Of a stretch of 57,047 nt of DNA, positions 52,038-57,047 are shown piece by piece. Each line of letters starts with the position of its first letter. Positions within the stretch are counted from its first letter, which is position 1. The stretch is taken from NCBI GenBank assembly GCA_044355565.1, contig JBIKXW010000001.1, positions 1 through 57,047 on the forward strand, read 5' to 3'. This DNA comes from Candidatus Planktophila sp. Lineage in GTDB: Bacteria; Actinomycetota; Actinomycetes; Nanopelagicales; Nanopelagicaceae. The notes under the pieces are model-generated. The model was given only the letters and a program-made list of their open reading frames with translations. It ran no database searches and had not been told where the DNA came from. Position numbers and translations under genes: made by a program.

Positions 52038-53264
52038 ATGAAAGCGCTAGTTATAGGCGCGGGCGGAGTTGGCAGAGCTATTGTCAATATCGCATCACGT
52101 AAATCATTTATTACTCAAATGGTTGTCGCTGATCGAACTCTGTCACGCGCGGAAGAAGCAGTTACCCGAGTCAAGGATTCACGATTTTCAGCAGCGGAGG
52201 TGAATGCTGCCGAACTGGAGGATATCCGTGCGTTGATTCGCAAGGTAAAGCCAGATGTTGTTATCAATGCCGTTGATCCACGTTTTGTTATGCCGATTTT
52301 CCTGTCATGTGAAATTGAAAATACAAATTACATCGATATGGCGATGTCGCTATCTCGTCCCCACCCACATTATCCAAACTCTGAAACCGGCGTAAAGCTT
52401 GGTGATGAGCAGTTTGCACGTGATTGGAACTGGGGAGAGCGACAGATTTACGCTCTTGTTGGAATGGGTATTGAGCCAGGTATGAGCGATGTCTTTGCAC
52501 GTTACGCCGAAGATCATCTCTTTAGCCGAATTGATTCATTCACAATCTTTGATGGCTCGAACTTAACAGTTGAGGGCTACGACTTTGCTCCATCATTTTC
52601 AATTTGGACAACAATTGAAGAGTGCTTAAATCCTCCATTGGTTTGGGAGGATGGACGTGGTTGGTACACAACGGAACCATTTAGCGAGATCGAAGTATTT
52701 GATTTCCCTGAAGGCATCGGGCCTGTTGAGTGCGTAAATGTTGAGCATGAAGAGGTTGTATTGATTCCGCAGAAAGTTGATGCAAAGAAGGTTAACTTTA
52801 AGTACGGACTTGGCGCACAGTTCATTACAACTTTGAAGACAATTCATATGTTGGGAATGGATCGTAAAGACCATGTAGATGTTCAAGGCATTCAAGTTTC
52901 ACCTCGTGATCTACTTGCTGCGGCACTTCCTGATCCTGCAACACTTGGTTCACGTATGAAGGGCAAGACCTGTGCAGGTGCTCTTGTAAAGGGTCTTGAT
53001 AAAGAAGGTAAGCCATACGCTTGTTACATGTATAACGTGGTTGATAACGAGTGGTCGATGGCTGAATACGGCGATCAAGCCGTTGTTTGGCAGACTGCAG
53101 TCAACCCAGTAATCGCAATGGAGCTGATTCATAAGGGCATTTGGAAGCCAGAGGGTGTTGTCGGACCAGAATGGTTTGATGCAAAACCTTTCTTGGATCT
53201 ACTTCCTTCTTATGGAACTGAGTGGAAAATTCGCGATGAAGATCCTTCAGGAATCATTGTTTGA
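52038..53264 (+). CDS. Saccharopine dehydrogenase / carboxy(nor)spermidine dehydrogenase-family oxidoreductase
   Basis: Rossmann GAGGVG; YIDMA, G.EPG, HEE and GVVGPE motifs. Confidence 0.82.
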   Translation: MKALVIGAGGVGRAIVNIASRKSFITQMVVADRTLSRAEEAVTRVKDSRFSAAEVNAAELEDIRALIRKVKPDVVINAVDPRFVMPIFLSCEIENTNYIDMAMSLSRPHPHYPNSETGVKLGDEQFARDWNWGERQIYALVGMGIEPGMSDVFARYAEDHLFSRIDSFTIFDGSNLTVEGYDFAPSFSIWTTIEECLNPPLVWEDGRGWYTTEPFSEIEVFDFPEGIGPVECVNVEHEEVVLIPQKVDAKKVNFKYGLGAQFITTLKTIHMLGMDRKDHVDVQGIQVSPRDLLAAALPDPATLGSRMKGKTCAGALVKGLDKEGKPYACYMYNVVDNEWSMAEYGDQAVVWQTAVNPVIAMELIHKGIWKPEGVVGPEWFDAKPFLDLLPSYGTEWKIRDEDPSGIIV

Positions 53265-53268
53265 TTAA

Positions 53269-54945
53269 ATGACAAGTACATTCGATGTCGTAGTGATCGG
53301 ATCAGGTTTTGGCGGTTCGGTCTCTGCGCTTCGATTGCGCGAAAAGGGTTACTCAGTTGCCGTACTTGAAGCCGGGCGTCGTTTCGAGGACAAGGATTTT
53401 CCTAAGACATCTTGGCGATTACATAAGTTTCTCTTTGCTCCAAAACTTGGGCTTTATGGCATTCAGCGTATTGATGTTCTGCCCGATGTTTTGATTCTTA
53501 GCGGTGCAGGTGTTGGCGGCGGTTCTCTGGTCTACGCCAATACCTTGTACCAACCTGGTGATGATTACTTCAATGATAAACAGTGGGCCTCGATTACCGA
53601 TTGGAAGAAAGAGCTAGAGCCTTGGTTTGATCAAGCGCGACGCATGTTGGGTGTAACTGAAAACCCATACTTTTCAAATAGTGACCAAGCTATGAAGGAT
53701 GTTGCTACAGAGATGGGTGTTGGTCATACCTTCCAGATGGCACCGCTTGGAGTTTTCTTTGGAGAAGGTAAAGGAGTCTTATCTAAAGATCCATTTTTTG
53801 GTGGGGTAGGTCCAGATCGAAATGGTTGTCAGCAATGCGGTTCATGTATGACTGGCTGTCAATTTAATGCGAAAAACACCTTGCCCAAGAATTACTTAGG
53901 GCTTGCAGAGTCTGCGGGTGCACAAGTATTCCCCATGACTACGGTAACAAAAGTTCAGCAGAAAGAAGATGGGCGCTGGAAAATCACAACCACCAAGACA
54001 AATGATCCATTTGGATCAAGAGGTAAGAGTTTCTTCGCTAAAGAGGTAATTGTTGCTGCAGGTACGTATAACACCCAGAAACTGCTGCACAAAATGAAGG
54101 ATGTAGGCGTTTTACCCCTTTTATCAGATCGATTAGGTGAACTTTCAAGAACTAACAGCGAAGCGCTCACTGGGGCAATGATGAAAAACACAGATATTGA
54201 TTTCAGCCAAGGTAGCGCGATTACATCCTCATTCTTCCCTGATGAGCACACCCACATTGAACCTGTTCGTTATGGCAAAGGCAGCAACCTGATGGGATTA
54301 CTTCAAACGATTATGACTGATGGCAGTTCATCAAAGTTGCGTCGCAAGCAATGGTGGAAAGCATTTCTTGCAAACCCTTCTCTTTTGAAAAATATTCTTG
54401 ATGTTCGCAAATGGAGTCAACGCACAGTAATTGCGCTGACTATGCAAAACGTGGATTCCTTTATCTCTGTTAAGCCAAAGCGAAGTTGGTTTGGTTGGCA
54501 TTTAACATCTATGAACGATTCAGATCATCCCAATGCAACCTACATTCCAGTCGCAAATGAAGTTGTCAGAAGGATTGCTGAAAAACATGGCGGTATCGCT
54601 GGTGGACATATCGGAGATTTAGTTGATGCACCATTTACCGCGCACTTTGTTGGCGGCTGCGTCATTGGCCACGATGCTTCAGTAGGAGTTGTAGATCCGT
54701 ACCACCGAGTCTGGAACTACCCAACACTTCATATCGTTGATGGATCTACAATTACTGCAAATCTTGGGGTTAATCCTTCTCTTACTATCACCGCTCAAGC
54801 AGAGCGTGCGCTTTCTTTGTGGCCAAATAAGGGTGATGAAGATCCTCGCCCGACACAGAATCTGAAATATGAAAAGCTTTCACCGGTTGCACCACACTCA
54901 CCATTTGTACCCAAGGGTGCAGTTGGTGAACTTACGGTTAGTTAG
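53269..54945 (+). CDS. choD: Cholesterol oxidase-like GMC oxidoreductase (ChoD-like)
   Basis: GSGFGGSV, GAGVGGGSLVYANT, CQQCGSCMTGC...AKNTL and NLGVNPSLTITAQAERA motifs. Confidence 0.85.
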   Translation: MTSTFDVVVIGSGFGGSVSALRLREKGYSVAVLEAGRRFEDKDFPKTSWRLHKFLFAPKLGLYGIQRIDVLPDVLILSGAGVGGGSLVYANTLYQPGDDYFNDKQWASITDWKKELEPWFDQARRMLGVTENPYFSNSDQAMKDVATEMGVGHTFQMAPLGVFFGEGKGVLSKDPFFGGVGPDRNGCQQCGSCMTGCQFNAKNTLPKNYLGLAESAGAQVFPMTTVTKVQQKEDGRWKITTTKTNDPFGSRGKSFFAKEVIVAAGTYNTQKLLHKMKDVGVLPLLSDRLGELSRTNSEALTGAMMKNTDIDFSQGSAITSSFFPDEHTHIEPVRYGKGSNLMGLLQTIMTDGSSSKLRRKQWWKAFLANPSLLKNILDVRKWSQRTVIALTMQNVDSFISVKPKRSWFGWHLTSMNDSDHPNATYIPVANEVVRRIAEKHGGIAGGHIGDLVDAPFTAHFVGGCVIGHDASVGVVDPYHRVWNYPTLHIVDGSTITANLGVNPSLTITAQAERALSLWPNKGDEDPRPTQNLKYEKLSPVAPHSPFVPKGAVGELTVS

Positions 54946-54953
54946 GAGAACAG

Positions 54954-55721
54954 ATGAATTCTTGGGCTTTAGTAACGGGTGCGACCGCTGGAATTGGTGA
55001 GAGTTTTTCTCGTCTATTGGCTTCTCACAGGTACAACATTGTTTTAGTGGCTCGAGACTTGCCTCGCCTTCAAGAGCGTGCGCAAGGGCTTGAAGAAAAG
55101 TTCGGCGTTAAAACCCATGTGATTCAGGCAGACCTAGCAACAGATGAGGGCTGCCTTACAGTTGAAAAGTACATTCTTGAAAATCAAATAGATGTACTAA
55201 TTAACAATGCGGGCTTTGGGACAAACAAGGCATTTACGGCATCATCAATAGAGATTGAACAGCAGTTGCTTGATGTATTGGTGCGCACACCAATGCGACT
55301 AATGCATGCAGCACTGCCTTTGATGAAGCAGCGAAATAGCGGAGTCATCATCAATGTTTCATCGGTGGCTGGTTACATTGCAGGTGGTACTTATAGCGCT
55401 TCAAAATCTTATCTAACCGTCCTATCTGAATCTCTGAATACCGAACTAGCTGCAACTAATGTGAAGGTGAGCGCACTCTGTCCTGGTTTTACTCGCACTG
55501 AGTTCCATCAAAGGGGCAAAATGTCGATGAAGGGTCTTCCTAACTTCATGTGGCTGAACTCAGATCGATTAGTTGAGCAATCGTGGAGAGATGCTCTAAA
55601 AGGCAAGCCGGTTAGCATTCCAGGCTGGCAGTACAAGTTTTTAGTATTTGTGGTGCAGAGCGTGCCGCGCTTTATTGTCAGAAAGGTTGGCATGAATATG
55701 AGGGCTAAGCAGCGAAGATAA
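54954..55721 (+). CDS. Short-chain dehydrogenase/reductase
   Basis: TGATAGIG, NNAG, SS, YSASK and PGFTRT motifs. Confidence 0.93.
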   Translation: MNSWALVTGATAGIGESFSRLLASHRYNIVLVARDLPRLQERAQGLEEKFGVKTHVIQADLATDEGCLTVEKYILENQIDVLINNAGFGTNKAFTASSIEIEQQLLDVLVRTPMRLMHAALPLMKQRNSGVIINVSSVAGYIAGGTYSASKSYLTVLSESLNTELAATNVKVSALCPGFTRTEFHQRGKMSMKGLPNFMWLNSDRLVEQSWRDALKGKPVSIPGWQYKFLVFVVQSVPRFIVRKVGMNMRAKQRR

Positions 55722-55811
55722 GGGCGATACCAACCGGACTCACGGCGGGTTTTCAGCCTTCTTTAAGAGCGTAATCGATAGTATTGCACCCTTACTACGA
55801 AGGGCACATAA

Positions 55812-56462
55812 ATGTTTCGCAAGATTGCTTCACTTTTTGTAGCGCTAGTTGTCGCTGCAGGCGTCATGGTCGCCGTACCTGCCGATGCAGCCACAAAGAT
55901 CTCAAATGGTGTGGCTTGCAAGAAGTCTGGACAAAGTACAAAAGCTGGTGGAACAACCTATCGTTGCGCTAAGAATCCTTTGGTCTCAAGTAAAAAACTG
56001 ACCTGGTTATCGGTTGAGTGCCTAAATACTGCAAACATTTATGTCAATACTCGGAAGTTATTGCCATCAATCAAAAAGAGTTCTGATGCCCGCGTTGCAG
56101 AAATTGATGTTGATTTGAAGAAAGCTCAGGCCGATTATGCTGAATTTGTGGCCACTGGGCCTGCAAAAATTGCTGCGATTCAGCCTAAGCTTGAAGAAGC
56201 AAAGAGTAATTTAGCCAAACTAAAGGCAGATACAGCAAATGCGAGTAAAAATGCTGAGGCAATCAAGCAATGGGGCCTTGCCGTAGAAGGTTGGCAAGAG
56301 GCTCTCGATAACTTAGGGCCAGTAGGAAAAGCAAAATTTGAAAAAGCAATAAGTCGGTTGCAGATCTTTAAAAGCACTGCAATCAGCCAGTATACAAACT
56401 CAGCCAGCAATGTAAGCGACGCTTTACAAATGGCTAAGTTGATTTGCGCCAAGGGCTTCTAG
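55812..56462 (+). CDS. Secreted hypothetical protein: Cys-containing N-terminal module plus long coiled coil
   Basis: Signal peptide ending ADA; C...C...W module; A/K/E-rich helical body; followed by a terminator. Confidence 0.75.
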   Translation: MFRKIASLFVALVVAAGVMVAVPADAATKISNGVACKKSGQSTKAGGTTYRCAKNPLVSSKKLTWLSVECLNTANIYVNTRKLLPSIKKSSDARVAEIDVDLKKAQADYAEFVATGPAKIAAIQPKLEEAKSNLAKLKADTANASKNAEAIKQWGLAVEGWQEALDNLGPVGKAKFEKAISRLQIFKSTAISQYTNSASNVSDALQMAKLICAKGF

Positions 56463-56480
56463 GCTCCAAGATTTCTTAGG

Positions 56481-56514
56481 AAAACCCGCCGCCTCACCAG
56501 GTGGCGGGTTTTTT
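56481..56514 (+). terminator. Intrinsic (probably bidirectional) terminator
   Basis: AAAACCCGCCGCCT-CACC-AGGTGGCGGGTTTTTT. Confidence 0.85.
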
Positions 56515-56568
56515 GTATCTATGGGAATCCCTATCCCAAAATGATAACGATGTTCCTACTCTGTCTAT

Positions 56569-57047
56569 ATGCGTATTGCCAGATTGATAGCACCTGCTCT
56601 CTTGGCCTTGCAGCTTCCTATTCACCACGCCCTAACAGGCATCTGGGGAGATCTCATTGCATTCAATAGCGTGGCAATTGCGTGCATACTCTCTGTGTTG
56701 GGTGCTCCAAGAGTGAACAACAAATGGGCCCAACCACTGGTCGCTTTTGCTCTGGGAAGTTGGTCCTTGGGTTCGGTGATTGCAACATCAACCTCTTTAG
56801 TTGACTATCCAAGTGCATTCGGGAATTTCTCAGATGCGATGTACTTACTCTTCTATCCATTAGCACTTCTAGGTTTACAGCGATTAATCTCCAATCGACA
56901 AAGGCTTTCAATACTTGAAGTTATCGACGCATCAATTGTGGCTTTGGGATTGAGTACTTTAGGTACCGCTTTTGCTCTTCATCCGGTGCTTCCCCATTTT
57001 GAGGGGGATTTCAAGCAATCATTTTTAGCCATTATTTATCCGGTGGC
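56569..57047 (+). CDS. Multi-TM protein, 3'-truncated; resembles membrane sensor regions of actinobacterial GGDEF/EAL proteins
   Basis: Manual translation is open to the window end (MRIARLIAPALL...SDAMYLLFYPL...IDASIV...IYPV); TACTCT 6 nt upstream of the ATG; catalytic domain not visible. Confidence 0.6.
   Translation, partial: MRIARLIAPALLALQLPIHHALTGIWGDLIAFNSVAIACILSVLGAPRVNNKWAQPLVAFALGSWSLGSVIATSTSLVDYPSAFGNFSDAMYLLFYPLALLGLQRLISNRQRLSILEVIDASIVALGLSTLGTAFALHPVLPHFEGDFKQSFLAIIYPV

Noticed and set aside
56663-56911. 82-aa minus-strand ORF at the window end
   Set aside because: It is antisense to the more plausible multi-TM CDS starting at 56569.

Overview
Gene-dense, mid-GC chromosomal segment of a streamlined actinobacterium. 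Gene order and content suggest a freshwater acI / Ca. Nanopelagicales-like organism (inference). Most of the window is conserved actinobacterial core synteny: rmuC-ispH-xseAB-fumarase-phoH2-isoprenyl transferase-greA; eno-divIC-DUF501-ppx-udgB; mfd-ppc-pth-rplY-prs-glmU-tRNA-Gln-ispE-rsmA-tatD-metG-rsmI-pmt; glpR-GNAT-glp. It has three tRNAs (Leu-TAA, Gln-TTG, Arg-CCT) and a few small accessory inserts: a GH125/P450/ABM trio, an efflux cluster, a collagen-like gene at tRNA-Leu, and an oxidoreductase operon at tRNA-Arg. I saw no CRISPR array, integrase, transposase or prophage. Most interesting: (1) a MoeA/gephyrin-like Glp that has lost domain II and its catalytic motifs but stays intact in the glp-GNAT-glpR divisome locus; (2) structured 5' leaders before a lytic transglycosylase and before rplY; (3) a polyanionic (GPE)n collagen-like exported protein; (4) a CopC lacking its copper ligands; (5) a tRNA-Gln with a non-canonical T-loop; (6) two small proteins missed by the ORF track; (7) pervasive leaderless promoters, including divergent pairs in 14-25 bp gaps. 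Family calls come from motif recognition and gene context only; no database searches were run.
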